A DNA stretch of 64,000 bases from the human T2T-CHM13v2.0 reference genome, Homo sapiens, in the NCBI RefSeq assembly GCF_009914755.1, contig NC_060930.1; one strand, written 5' to 3'. Position numbers and translations under genes: made by a program. A model generated the notes under the pieces. It had not been told where the DNA came from. It saw only the letters and a list, made by a program, of their open reading frames with translations, and did no database searches. Below, piece by piece: positions 30,189 through 46,750 of this stretch; positions within the stretch are counted from its first letter, which is position 1; each line of letters opens with the position of its first letter.

Positions 30189-31909
30189 TTGGGGGACACC
30201 AGCAGTGGACTTTATAGTCCTTAGTGCCTTCTTCCTGAGAAACTTCCTTTAGAAACTTCCTGAGAAACCTATTTTTATTAGTTTTTAGACCAAAGAAAGC
30301 CAAACACCATTTTATATTTGACAGTGCTTCCTGTATGATTATACCAGATAAGCTAAATTTCACCTTTATATTAGTGTATTATTAATATTAAACTCAATTT
30401 TAATAAAACCCTGTAGACATATTTATCCGATTTTAATGTCTGACCATAAGGTAAGATTTCCATAGACTCTTTTTAACCTTTTATAAAATTTGTTAAAGAG
30501 CAGTTTAGTGTTTTTTAGTGTTTTAAGAAAAACCCATTGTGCTTTTATTTTAATGTCCAGTTCACAGAAAAACTGGATGATACCCCTTTAACTTTAGCCA
30601 ATATGGTTACACACAGAATTTCCTTTACAATTAACATTTTAAAACTTGCTTAAACGCTCAAAACAAAATTTTTTTTAACCTTTTAATGTAGGTAAAAATC
30701 CACATTCTATGCCTCCTTATTATCCTTTTACCAAAAGTATATTTTACTTTCATTATACACCTTGCACATAAACTGTTTCTTCAATAGTTTTACATTCAGG
30801 AGGCCTAATTACTTTTAAATTATACAACATTTCTTGCATAAGTTCCCTTTTATAGCATTTTTCATGACTTTCGCAATCTTCGACAGGCCTCAATTTTCTG
30901 ACTTCCTGTAAACATCGCTTTCTTTAAATAACCAGTTAATTTATTTTAGGATAATAATTTACCATATAACATTCTTTTTATATAAATTCTCCCCCCCCCT
31001 CCTTTTTTTTCCCCCAAGATGATAACCATTCTTTTCCAAAGCAAACTTCCTTCAGGTCTGTGGACTAGACTGCCTAAGGCCACAAGATTAGAAGTTAGGA
31101 TAATACATATTACACTGCTAACTTTTGGCAAACTTTACCTTTGTGGAAAACCTTGTAAGTTTGGTATTTCAATTATCCTTTGCTATTAATAAGACTTTCT
31201 TTAGTTTAAATTAACTTAGAATTGGTATAGACCACTCCTTCCTGATTCTGTAAGTACTTTAAGGCTTAGCTGAGTGCAAACAGCTTACCAACTATTAGGC
31301 AATTTTCCTAACTCTACTTCTATAAGAGTTTCCCTATCACTTACTGAATACCCGTTGTGGCTTTTTCCCTCAGTCACACGGGAGGAACCATCTATCGTCC
31401 TGTCCTGAAGGGAGTTCCTTCTAGGTCTGGTCGGACCTTTATATGGTAATTAATTAAGATTTAGATCCCCTGTGAGGAAACCTGCTGGGTTAAGGGAATT
31501 ATCAGTGGTTAATGTTAAATCATCTTTTTCTAACAGAATAGCCCCATACTTTAAGATTTTTGAGTTAGTAAGTTACCTTTTTGTCTTAGGATACTTCTGA
31601 ACTGGTGAGGTGTGCTCACAATGAGGTTTCCTCTAAAAGTTATTTTTCTACTTTCTTCTGTTAGCAAAGCAGTTGCCGGTACAGATTGAATGCATTTGGG
31701 TCATCTGCGGGTTACTGGGTTAAGGATTTTTGATAGGAAGGCTATGGGTCGTCAGTGATCTCAGTGCTTTCAGGCTGTGCCCTTGTTTACACTGACAACA
31801 AGGTGGTATTGGAGTGTTATAGAGTCACGGAGAAGACCTTCAATTATCAATTATAGGTTTTAAATTTACCCTAGCTTTTAAAGGAATAGGGTACACTGTT
31901 TTTATTACT

Positions 31910-31985
31910 TCTCTCTGTCTCTCTCTCTCTCTTTCTCTCTCTCTGACTCTCTGTCTCTTTCTCTTTCTCTCTCTCTCTCTGACTT
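31910..31985. repeat. (CT)n-rich tract inside the ERV
   Basis: Direct reading. Confidence 0.9.
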
Positions 31986-32172
31986 CCTTTCCCAGTTTCT
32001 CTTTCCTCTCTGCTGGTCTTTCCCTGCCTCTGCCAGCCGCTTATGCTGCTGTTCTTCCCTCTCCTCCTTCCCCTAGGGGAGCGACCAGTGGGAGTGGAGT
32101 TTAGCCTTTCTTTCCCCCGAGAAGAAGCGAAAGGGGAGTTCTGAATATTTTTCTTACTACTGGAGGTTTCTG

Positions 32173-32501
32173 TGAGGTTCAGCCCCCCACAATGGGGATT
32201 TCTCACCTCATTGAGGTTCAATGTACCCCTATTGGATTTTTCACCTCTTTTTGAGGTTCAACCCCTCGTAATGGGGATTTCTCAGTTCTTTGAGGTTCAG
32301 CCCCTGAAATTAGCGGAAGGCTCAACCCATCAAACCAGGGGTGTCTTCCCTCGCCTGTCCTGGAAGACTCAACCCCTCAAACCAGGGATGTCTTGCCTTG
32401 CCTGCCGTGGAAGGCTCAACCCCTCAAACCAGGGATGTCTTGCCTTGCCTGCTCCGGAAGCCTCAACCCCTCAAACCAGGGTGTCTTGACTTGCCTATCC
32501 T
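32173..32501. repeat. Two adjacent minisatellites in the ERV leader: ~39-bp x3.5 and 47-bp x4
   Basis: TGAGGTTCA at 32173, 32212, 32252, 32291; GGAAGnCTCAACCC at 32315, 32362, 32409, 32456. Confidence 0.9.
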
Positions 32502-33047
32502 GGGAGGTTGACATGTTTCCTCCCCTTTCCCCCTCTGAAGGTCCCTTGCACACTTCCCACTCATGTTGTCCTCTCTGGCTGCTCCCCCAAGGGAGAATTA
32601 GGCCCTTCTTAGTGTTGGCGTGCTGGTATAAATCCCACAGCAGGATCCGCCCTAAGCCATACGAGGTAGCTGTGGAACTGCAGAGAGGACGCACTCACTC
32701 CATCCAGCAGTAGGACTTGTCACCATCCACACAACACCACAAGCAGGGTTGTCTGTGATCATTCACGCACACACACATTCAGCCCTCCAGACTTTGACCA
32801 CCAAGGAAGTACTTTACTGGCTCCCGTGGTTTCTTCTTCATTGGTCTGTGCACAGTCATTGCTGTGGTATGTGAGGATCCTTTACCTCAGGTTGCCAGCC
32901 GGTTTGGTTTCTTTCTGTGTTGCTGAGAGCTCGGGTTATTCCTTGCACTGGGCGGGTCCTGATTTCTCACCCCTGAGGACGCCACAAGGGGGCGGGGTGC
33001 ACCTCCTCACAAGAGAGAACCAGAGACCGCCTCTGGAGGGGAATGTA

Positions 33048-33065
33048 ATCCCAGATGAGCCCCTA
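33048..33065 (-). other. Primer-binding site, tRNA-Pro-like
   Basis: TAGGGGCTCATCTGGGAT versus TGGGGGCTCGTCCGGGAT (15/18; two differences are CpG decay), 3 nt from the LTR end. Confidence 0.85.
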
Positions 33066-33068
33066 AAT

Positions 33069-33601
33069 TGTTATAAAGTTTTGGTGCTGCAAAAGAAATA
33101 GCACTCGAATATAAAATTTTCTTTTTTTCTTCCCAGCAAGGCAGTTTCCTTCTATAGAAGGGTACACCCTCACAGTTGGAGCAGTGGTGAGCACACACTT
33201 GGACAAGGGAGGAAAAGGGGGTCTTATTCCTGATGCACGTGGCCCCTGCTGCTGTGTCATTCACCTATTGGCTAGGGTTAGACCGCACAGGCTAAACTAA
33301 TTCCGATTGGCTAATTTAAAGAGAGTAACGGGGTGAGTGGTTTGGCAGGAAAAATGGTTATGGCAGAGTAAGAAATCAGAATGAGTCAGGATGGAGAATG
33401 AACAGGTAATCTGAATGAATCAGGGTGGAGCAGGTAATCGGAATGAGTCAGGGTGGAGTAGGTAATCAGAATGAGTCAGAGTGGAGAGGGTAATCGGAAA
33501 AGGTGCTTTACGAAGAAGTTAAGTTTAAAAGTAGAAGGCAAAGAATTGAACGTACTGACATGCTGATTCTTTGAAGAGAAATTTAGAACTCGTATCTAAC
33601 A
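33069..33601 (-). mobile_element. 5' LTR (LTR10A/F-like, 533 bp) with 4-unit AP-1 VNTR
   Basis: Homologous to 27497-27947; TGAGTCA at 33382, 33444, 33472 and TGAATCA at 33416; CCAAT boxes (attgg at 33267, 33306); CACGTG at 33236. Confidence 0.9.
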
Positions 33602-34212
33602 GATGAATAAAATACATGGCCAGACTGTGGGCCATTAAGAGTGATATGAACAGTTAAGAGGAGCAGCAAATCAAAGGGCCTAGAGCTTTATAATGGTCTT
33701 TTAGATTTAGTGTTTGCAAAAAAGTAAAATATTTTCCAGGTACTCTGAGTGTTGTCAATTCTTTGTACACATATTAAAATTGGTAATTCAAAAAGAGTAA
33801 GTAGATGAAAGGCAAACAGGATGTTATCTAGTCTGTTAAAACACAGGTTGGATGTCAGTGTTTTATTTGCTGTGATGGAGAGGCTTCTAAATATCAGAAA
33901 ATAATTGTTACAAAAAATGTTATGAGATGATTTGTTATATGCACAGGAAACCAAAGTTGATTCATGTTTGAATTTATATTTGCTTGAAAATTCTTTTCCC
34001 ATGTAATGTTAAAATAATTGTGTAGAGCTAAAAAAATGAAATTAGACTTTTTTCTTTGCTTTCAAATCAAGGAAGACTTTATCATCTCACAGAAAGGATG
34101 ACAATTTCAGGATATTATGGGAGGCTGTGGAAGAATTATATTAGAAATAACTAAAGGTTTAGAACTTGAACTTTCTCTTCAGAGGAGAAAAATTAAGAAG
34201 AACTTAGATCTT

Positions 34213-34507
34213 GGCCAGGTGTGGTGGCTCACACCTGTAATCCCAGCAGTTTAGAGGCCAAGGTAGGAGGATTTCTTGAGCCCAGGAGTTGGAGACCAGC
34301 CTGTCAACATGGTGAGACTCCATCTCTACAAAAAATAAAAAAATTAGCTGGGTGTAGTGGTGTGTGGCTGTAGTCACAGCTACCTGGGAGGCTAAGGTGG
34401 GAGGATTGCTTGAGCCTGCGAGGACCTGCAGTGAGCCATGATTGTACCACTGTACTCTAGCCTGGGCAACAGAGCAAAACTCTGTCTCAGAAAAAGAAAA
34501 AAAAAAA
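34213..34507 (+). mobile_element. Alu (AluJ-like)
   Basis: TSD aagaacttagatc. Confidence 0.9.
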
Positions 34508-35624
34508 TTAGAAGAACTTAGATCCTGATGATTAAAATAGTGTATTTCCCCCATATTTCCAGAAAAATACTGCAGAGTTAGTGTAAAAATTAGTAACATT
34601 TGCTCAATGTTGATTTGAGTTTTCTGGAGAATGAATACAGGGAAAGGAAAAGAAATTACTATTTAAATGGAAAAAAATTAAACTTCATTTAAAACTATGA
34701 TTAAATGAAGTAAAAGCTTCTTCCTTTTTGCCCATTCTTTACACTGTGATAAAGTACAATAACTTTATAGGGTTGATACAAAGTATTATACTAGAACTTC
34801 AATTTTTTTGGAACTGTGCAAAGCTTAATCTCATTATAGAGCAGTCCATTTGGTGGTTTGTTTATTTAGTATGGTCTCTGATGCTGTTTGCTCAGTAATG
34901 TTCTTTGCTTAGTGAATAGTCTTGGCTAATTGTTAAAGTACATATATTATACGGGAGTGGGAGGTGGGGGCAGAAACTTATCGAAGTAGCACCTGAAACC
35001 ATGTTTTGGTTATAATTAAGGTTCACTTAGATAATAACATACCACTGCCATATTCAAATCTGTGTTTCATTCCTTCCAAACATTGGAAGCAAATAGTCAT
35101 TCTAAGTTGTTTCAAGGTATTGTTAATAAGATATAATGGGACAGTCAGGTTCACGCATTCATTTATTTAGTTAGAAAATACCTATCAAACCTCAATTATA
35201 TACTCAACACTATTCTAGTGTTTTCACTAGAACACTGCAAATTAAAAAGGTGTAGTTCTGCCCTCATGGACTTATAGTCTGTTGGAGAACCAAATATTAT
35301 AATAAATAATAAATAGGTGATGTTATGAGGGAAAAGTAGAGGGTGCTACAAACATGCATGATAGAGGGCCTGCATTTGGATTAAAGGGTTTCCTCTCTGA
35401 GGAAGTTACGTTTAAACCTAGACCTGTCAATTGAGTAGACTTTAGGCAAGAAAAGAGCAGAGAGGAGGCAGAGAACTGCGTGTTTGAAATCCCTGAGGCA
35501 GAAAAGTCCTTGACTTTGGTGCTGAGATGAAGCAGGAGAGGTCATCAGGGTATCACAGTAGTAGTATGGACCTGTTAAGGATTTTAGATTTAATCTGAAG
35601 TGCATTAGAAAAATCATTGAGTGG

Positions 35625-35929
<305 letters not shown>

Positions 35930-36149
35930 TCATTAAATGGTTTAAGTGAGGGACTAACATAGAACCCATGTTGAGAGTCACTTTGACCTCTTTGAGAATG
36001 AATTAGAAGTAGGGAAACAATAGAGGCAAGAGATAATCAGCTAGGATGACAGCACAGGTCACGAAGAGAAGTTAATGGATTTGAGTTATGCTCTGGCAGT
36101 AGAATCTGTAGGACTTCGTGATGGGTTTGGATAACCTGCTCCTAGGGGA

Positions 36150-36690
36150 TATACAGGGTAGTTTCCTGTGAGCAACTGATCACATTTTTGTCAATTAATC
36201 AATACAATAACCTTGTTTTGTGTGTGCTTCAATCTAAAGACACTTTATTTAATGTACATTATTGATTAATTAGCATTGAACTCATGGCCAACAGCACTAT
36301 AACATGCCTGAACAAAGCTTATCTATCACATGTATTTTCTCCATAATATATAGCATATCCTTCTTATACTTAGGAACATCAGACAGTGCGTCAGCCCTAC
36401 AATGCTTGGGAGCCATTTAAACAAAATCACCAACACAAAGCACAAAAATGCAAAAAATGTGGTACTGAATAGATTGCACTTGTTTATGATCTGAAAGCGG
36501 AAACAAGGCAGAATGTTAACTTGTTCAGCGTCAGCCAGGAATGTGCACACTTGGTGAATCAAATTTTTTGCCACTCTGCACATGTCTGCCAATGACTGCA
36601 AGTGTTACCAGCATTGATTTGGGGGTTACAGATACATTTTAATGAGTGGAGAATTCACACGTACAGTCCATGAATAATAATAATCAACTA
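36150..36690. mobile_element. TcMar-Tigger-derived DNA transposon relic (subfamily unassigned)
   Basis: 'cattgaactcatggccaacagcactataac', 'gaattcaca...tccatgaataa' resemble Tigger MITE sequence. Confidence 0.5.
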
Positions 36691-37174
36691 TAGTAGGGGA
36701 AGGAAAGGGAGGTATCAGGAAGCATATCTGTGTTTCCTAGTATAAACAATTGGGTAGAGTTATTATTATTTTTGTTTTTTGAAACAGGAAAAACAGATTT
36801 GGGGGAAAAAGATATCAACAGTTTGATTTTGGGTAGGTATAATTTAAAGTTTTTAATGTCTTGAGACATCCAAATGGGCAGTTGGATTAAATGGGTCTGG
36901 AACTCAGAAGAGAGGTCTGGGCTAGAGATATAAATTTGGAAGTTCTTATCACATAAAAGTATTTAATCTCATGGAATTGGAAGACATTGTTAAAAAACAA
37001 TGATCGTGTAAAAACAATCTTATTTGTAATGTCATTTGACTCCATGTCCCTTAAAGATTGCTGTTTTCTGGACAGGATAACCAGAAACCCCAGGACTAAT
37101 ATAAAGAGGAACACATGATAGGTGTGCTCTGTTTAGAGAAATGGAAGGCAGCTTGTTTAAGAAACAACAAAGGA

Positions 37175-37280
37175 GTGCTTGCTTTGGCAGCACATAATAC
37201 TAAAAATTTGGACAGTACAGAGAAGATAGCATGGCCCCTGTGCAAGGATGACATGCAGATTTGTAAAGCATTCCACATTC
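37175..37280 (+). pseudogene. Retroposed full-length U6 snRNA pseudogene
   Basis: GTGCTTGCTTTGGCAGCACAT...ACAGAGAAGAT.AGCATGGCCCCTG..CAAGGATGACA...TTCCACATT; short A tail; TSD AACAAAGGAGT. Confidence 0.93.
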
Positions 37281-37903
37281 AAAAAACAAAGGAGTCAGTC
37301 TGGTACTGAGGCAGTGCCCTAGAACTTTGTAAGAGTTAAATTAAGCAGGCCAGGGTAGGTATAACTCAATCAAGTGTGCAAATTAGAATCTTCAGGTCCC
37401 AAGAATTTAAGCAGAGGCAATTGTAGCTCCATGGATTGTTCTTGGTGAGGTTTTGGAGATCTGAAGTCTAGTCACACTCACTTCATGTGTAAGAACTTTG
37501 AGCCTGGAAAGGGACTAATTCATACAATCTCTGACTAAAAATTTTGTGTGACCAAATGGATCAGCAAGGTTCCAGATCCATGTTTTAAATGAAATGCCAG
37601 TCTCTTTTTCAGAATTTGAGGTGGTAGAGAGGTTCTATAACCAGGTAGTCCTTTTTGGACAGAACCCATGATGGCAATCTAGGTCAAAGGGCTGAGACCC
37701 CATTGTCTTTTGTTCTTTCTCTTGCCTTTAATGCCTTCCTTAGGGTAGCTGTAGATGGGTTGCATGCCATGAGGCATGGATATCCTAACATTCACATTAG
37801 TATGGTAAAAGTTTTGTAGGCTGAAGGGTATAACTGGTTTGCTAAAACATTGGAAGACAATAGCTTAATTCTAATTCCAAATATTTTCTTTGTCCTGGTT
37901 ATA

Positions 37904-38631
37904 TGCTGTGGCTTGGATGTGATTTGTCTCCACCAAAACTTATATTGAAATTCTATCCCCAGTGTGGTGATGTTGGGAGGCGGGGTCTAGTGGGAGGTGT
38001 TTAGGTTGTGGGGGCAAATTCCTCATGAATGGTTTGGTACTGTTTTCCTGGTAGTGAGCTGTGGCTCTCAAGAGACAGGATTAGTTCTTGCAGGAATTGA
38101 TTATTTCTCGGGAGTGGGTTATAAAGCCAGGATGCTCCTCATGTTTTGCTCTCTTCACACGTGTCCACCTCCCCTTAGACCTTCTCTGCCATGTGATGCA
38201 GCAGGAAAGCCCTCGAAGAAGCCAGGGCCATGCCCTTGAACTTCTCAGCCTGCTCAACTGTGAGCTTTTTTTTTTTTTTTTTTTTTTGTAGATGGAGTCT
38301 TGCTCTGTCATCCAGGCTGGAGTGCAGTGGCGCAATCTCGGCTTACTGCAACCTCCGCCTCCAAGGTTCAAGCGATTCTCCTGCCTCAGTCTCCTGAGTA
38401 GCTGGGACTACAGGCATGTGCCACCACGCCTGGCTAATTTTTATATTTCTAGTAGAGACAGGGTTTCACCATATTGGTCAGACTGGTCTTGAACTCCTGA
38501 CCTTGTGATCTGCCTGCCTCAGCTTCCCAAAGTGCTGGTGAGCCACCGCGCCTGGCCAAATTTTTTTTTTTTTTTTTTTTTAATACCAGTCTCAGGTATT
38601 CTTTCACAGCAACGCAAAGCAGACAAAGACA
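37904..38631 (+). mobile_element. MaLR LTR (MST-like) interrupted by an antisense Alu (38266-38557)
   Basis: 'tgctgtggcttggatgt...ccagtctcaggtattct...aagaca'; Alu inserted in the T-run. Confidence 0.82.
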
Positions 38632-38679
38632 GTATTTAACATATTTAAAAGAGAACTCTATTAAACATTGTAAATGCAC

Positions 38680-38995
<316 letters not shown>

Positions 38996-39067
38996 TTAGG
39001 ATATTTAACTTCTTAGAAGAAATACAGACTTGCTTCAGTGAAGGGTGCCTGATATATATTGTCATCA

Positions 39068-39324
39068 TTTTTTTTTTTTTTTTGAGATGGAGTTTTGCTC
39101 TGTTACCCAGGCTGGTGTACAGTGGCGTGATTTCGGCTCACTGCAGCCTCCGTCTCCTGGGTGCAAGTGATTCTCCTGCCTCAGCCTCCTGAGCAACTGG
39201 GACAACAGGTACACACCACCATGCCCAGCTAATTTTTGTATTTTTTGTAGAGATGGGGTTTCACCATGTTGGCCAGGCTGGTCTCGAACTCCTGACCTCA
39301 TGATCCACCTGCCTCGGCCTCCCA
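39068..39324 (-). mobile_element. 5'-truncated Alu
   Basis: Reverse dimer ending at 'cctcggcctccca'. Confidence 0.9.
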
Positions 39325-39818
39325 ATGTAATTTTTATTTGAAAAAAAGGAAAAAGATATTTCTTTCACGTTGGGGTAAAAGAACAGAAGGCAACGGTGCA
39401 TATGTTGCTGTGGTCTCCAAGAAAACTAGGCAAAAAATATGAGGAAAGCACTGAAAGTGTATTATTGCTATAAATTTAAAATGCCCTAGAAAAGCCAAAG
39501 AAAAGAATAATGCCCCCTTTTGGGACTTTGAAAAGTATTTTTGAAAACCTCATGAGTAGATGTCTTCTTTAGAGAGCAGGTAGCTATACTCTGTAGAATA
39601 CCAACTAGTAATCATTGTCAAAATGTGTTATGTAAAATGCCACACATCCTCCTTTAAGATTATATTTGCTGCCTTCAGTTATTCAGAATTGTTGCTATTG
39701 AGAATGGCAGGCTGCCAGAGGGTGAAAGTGTTAAGGAAACACTCTTTGATGTCCAGCCTTAGAAACAGGTGAGGGAAACAAGCTGGTAAATACAGCTTAT
39801 TTTCATTTCATTCTTGTA

Positions 39819-40056
39819 CATGTTGACTAACCCTTATCCAAAGTGCTTGGGACCAGAAGTGTTTCAGATTTCAGGATTTTTAGGATTCTGAAATATTTGC
39901 ATTATATTAATTTGATACGAGCATCCCAAATCTGAAAACCTGAAATCCAAAGGGCTCTAATGAGCATTTCCTTTGAATGTCATGTTGGCATTCAAAAAGT
40001 TTTAGGTTTTGGAACATTTCAGATTTTGAATTTTCAGATTTGGGCTACTCAACCTT
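39819..40056. mobile_element. Tigger MITE (MER46-like)
   Basis: Degenerate TIRs catgttga / tcaacct; 'gggaccagaagtgtttcagatttc'. Confidence 0.7.
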
Positions 40057-40343
40057 TATCTTCATTTTGGCTGAAACTATTATTTCCTCTTCTTTGATGA
40101 GAAATCTTAGGCTGAGGGAAATTTTAATTTGCCAAAGGAACCTAGAAAGTAATTGACAATGACAGGATTAGAAGACAAGTTTCTTGAACTCTGATTTTCA
40201 AATTATGAGTCTTTCAGAAAAATGAAGTAATTAAGTATTTTTGATTAAGACAAAGATAAGCACAGTGGCGTTGTTAGACATTTCAGTAGTTTACAATAAT
40301 TTTTTCTCTTAACTTTTTATTTCCAAATGTTAACACTTTGCCA

Positions 40344-40705
40344 TGTGTCTTCTTCATTCAGGTGGCTCTATAATAAAATACCATAGACCAGTTGGCTCAA
40401 GCAACATTTATTTCTTACATTTTTGGAGGCTGGAAAGTCCAGGATCAAGATGCTGGCAGATTAGGTGTCTGGTGAGGGCCCTCTTCCTAGTTTGCCGACT
40501 GCTGCCTTTTTGCTGTATCTTCATGTGATGGAGAGAGAGATGGCTCTGGCCTTTTCCTCTTCTTATAAGGCACTAATTCCATCATGAGGACTCTACCCTC
40601 ATCACCTCACTAAACCTAAGACCCTTCTCCAAATACTAATCACATTTGTGGATTAGGGCTTCAACATATGAATTTTAAGGGGTAACACATTTAGCCCATA
40701 GCACA
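40344..40705 (-). mobile_element. MaLR LTR (MLT1-like)
   Basis: 'ggaggctggaaagtccaggatcaagatgctggcagatt...gggcttcaacatatgaatttt'. Confidence 0.78.
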
Positions 40706-40749
40706 TTACACATACAACAAAACATTTTTGTTTTATGACATTCTTCTAT

Positions 40750-42480
<1,731 letters not shown>

Positions 42481-43135
42481 ACTGTGTTTTAGAATATTTG
42501 AGTTCTCTTTTTCTCCAAGTATAATTTTGTAGACAGTTGTTTTTGGCTTCTGTTTGTATTTAACTTGAGATTCCCCCCATCCTTGTTGATTATACTTACA
42601 ACACCCTGGAAGTTTTGGCATGTGAAATTATACTTATTTCAATAAGAAGTTAGAACTGGAAAAGAAAAAGGGAGTGTGGGAAGGAATTAATGGATGGCTA
42701 CTTTGATAGATAAGGTTGACGTGGTCAAAGTAGTAAATGTTATGTGCAAGAGATTGCTGGGCCTTGTGTGTGATGTACACTGTACCCCACTTTCCTTTTT
42801 TTTTTTTTTAACACAAGTATTTTACCTTAGAGGTGGTTTTATGTCAGTACATAGAAATCTATCTCATTCTTTTTAAAAGCTGCATGGTATTCCATTATGT
42901 ATAGATACCATATATACCAGTCTGTACTGATGGGCATTTGGGTTGTCTCCAGTCTTCTACTCCAACACAAAGATGTAATAATTATCTTTGTACATACACT
43001 GTTGTGCATATGAATTATTATATCAGATAACTTTTAAATTAAAAGAGAAATTAGTAAATTCTGTTTTGAGGGAGGGGCAGATTAGCAGTTGGATATTGCG
43101 AAAGCTGTACATGTAAATAAGGTGATTTTTTTTAA

Positions 43136-43445
<310 letters not shown>

Positions 43446-43697
43446 AAATATTTGAATTTTAAGTTATCAATTTCTAAGCTATAATTTGGTTGAAAGATAA
43501 ACAATACAACATTTAAAAGTACTTTTTCATAAAATTAATTACTGCTGCAATTCACGGGAAAATTGTTATAATGCTTTACTAGACTCTATCACAGCTGTTA
43601 ACACTAACAGTTTAGATTTAAACCTGTCATTGTTAGTATAAAGAAAAGGAAGTGAAAACACTTTCATATTGCCTTGGAACAAAGGAACAAAGTCAAC

Positions 43698-43978
43698 TTT
43701 TTTTTTTTGAGACAGGGTATCACTCTGTCACCCAGGCTGGAGTGCAGTAGCGTGATCTTGACTTGCTGCAACCATCGCTTCCTGGGCTCAAGCAATCCTT
43801 CTGCCTCAGCCTCCCCAGTAGCTGGGATTATAGTTGCGTAGCACCACACCCAGCTAATTTTGTAGACATGGGGTTTCGCCATGTTGTCCAGGCTGGTCTC
43901 AAATTCCTGGACTCAAGCAATCCGTCTGCCATGGCCTCCCAGCATGCTGGGATTATAGGTGTGAGCCGCTGCGCCAGC
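43698..43978 (-). mobile_element. Alu (AluJ-like)
   Basis: Reverse dimer. Confidence 0.88.
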
Positions 43979-44337
43979 TCAAACAACTTTTTATTGTTTG
44001 CTATTCACCATAGTTTATAAAGACTATCCCTAGCAGGATGTGTAAATGTTAATGTACATACACTTTGGGTGTGTTTAGTAACAAACCAAATATATCTTAA
44101 CTTTGAACTACATACCCATATTAAGACCAGAGAAAATTATTCTACTGTTTCATAGTATTATCTAGAGAAATTAATGTATCTGTCAAATACTTATAGATTA
44201 TCCAGCTTTGTTTATTTCTCCTTCTGGGTTTACATTTTCAGTACCCTTTTGTACCCATGCTATAATGGGTTCAGGGTGTTGGGGAGGAAGTAAAAATCAT
44301 GTCCCTCATATGAAGGGTATTTTTGTCCTCAAATTGA

Positions 44338-44674
<337 letters not shown>

Positions 44675-45218
44675 CAATCAAAGTCTTTTTAGGTGAGTTA
44701 ATTATACTTAACTTTGTAGATGATAAGAAATTTATAAACAAAATTTAACTTTCTTAAGCTCATGAGTAACTTCTGCTGTGTTCCATTTTGCACAGTGACT
44801 TGGTAACCTAGCCAAGGATTTTATGCCTCCTAGTAGTTCTTGTTAGATCAGTAGCTGGAAGAATGAGGCCTACTTTTGACCAAACAGAGGTCAGAAAGAA
44901 TGGTTTCAGCTGGTTGATAGGAAATTTAGTGGGAGAGGCAGCAGCAGAATCTCTCTGCAGTCAACATGGAGCTTCAGAATTTCTTCAGGTAACCAAAGGT
45001 TGCACAGGGTCTATTCCAATGATAAAAATAAAAAGAATTGTTCAAATAGAAAATTTAACAAGGAAGACTATATCTAAAAAGAAATTTAATATATGTTTTT
45101 GATTATATACGCTCTTTTGTCCTAGCTAGCAGTGTCATTTATATAATTAATAAATTTGTTTTTAACAGAGGTGCTCATTAAGGTGCTTGTGATTTGATTT
45201 CTAAGAAAGTAAGTTGAG

Positions 45219-45616
<398 letters not shown>

Positions 45617-46451
45617 CTATCTCTTTCATAGTAAAACAAAACGGTGATTACTAGTGTTTTCTAGCAGATATATTGCTCTTGTTACTTTTATGTAACTTCA
45701 GTGAGTAAAGCTAAATATAAGATTAAGAGCTGTATTCTTAATAAATACATTAACTTAAGCAGGATTTAACCTGATTAATACTGAAATTATTTACCCTCTT
45801 CTTTAAAACTTTCTGTGTGGTGAGATTCCCACATATTCTTTCCAATACCTCCTAAATCTCCTCTACTTTCTGATACTTTTCTGTTATTCTCTTTTACTAG
45901 TTCTTTTAGCATCCTCTGCTTTTTTTTTTTGTAACTTATTTCAAAATATCTTATGTAACATTGCTATAATCTTTGGTACTACAGTGATATTTGCACTTTC
46001 CAGCAATTAACATTCTGGTATACCTTGGTTTCTCTAATGTCTACATTAGAGAAGGAACCAGAAAAAGATACCTTGGCCATCCTGACCGTGAAAAAATAGC
46101 TCCTAAGCATCCAACAAAAAGGATATGGCCAAAAGAGACAGATCTGAAGGTTAATCCTGACACACTGTACTTTACTTTTTGCTCCACTGAAGGAAAGGAA
46201 TACTCAGATTGGCTGCTAATTTGTTTCATAAGCCCTTCTTTTTATGTGAAAAGTGAGGGAGAAGTGATAAGAAAGAAAAGAGTGGGGAGAAAAGGGACCA
46301 CAGCAGCCTTTATTGGTGCAGGTATCGTGATTATTTGGAGTAGCAGTTGGATCCTTAAGTAGCCCATATTCTGACAGGACAAAGAGAATCAGCCCTGTTT
46401 TTTGGAGAGTCAAAAGGTCGTTTGTTACCAGTGAAGGCTTCTAATGTCTTA

Positions 46452-46750
<299 letters not shown>

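Noticed and set aside
32173-32501. Repeat array resembling CRISPR
   Set aside because: Units are directly tandem with no unique spacers, lie inside an ERV in primate DNA, and there are no cas genes.
45991-46362. 123-aa non-Alu ORF in intron 2
   Set aside because: TTG start, no recognisable domain, no convincing splice sites or retrocopy hallmarks.
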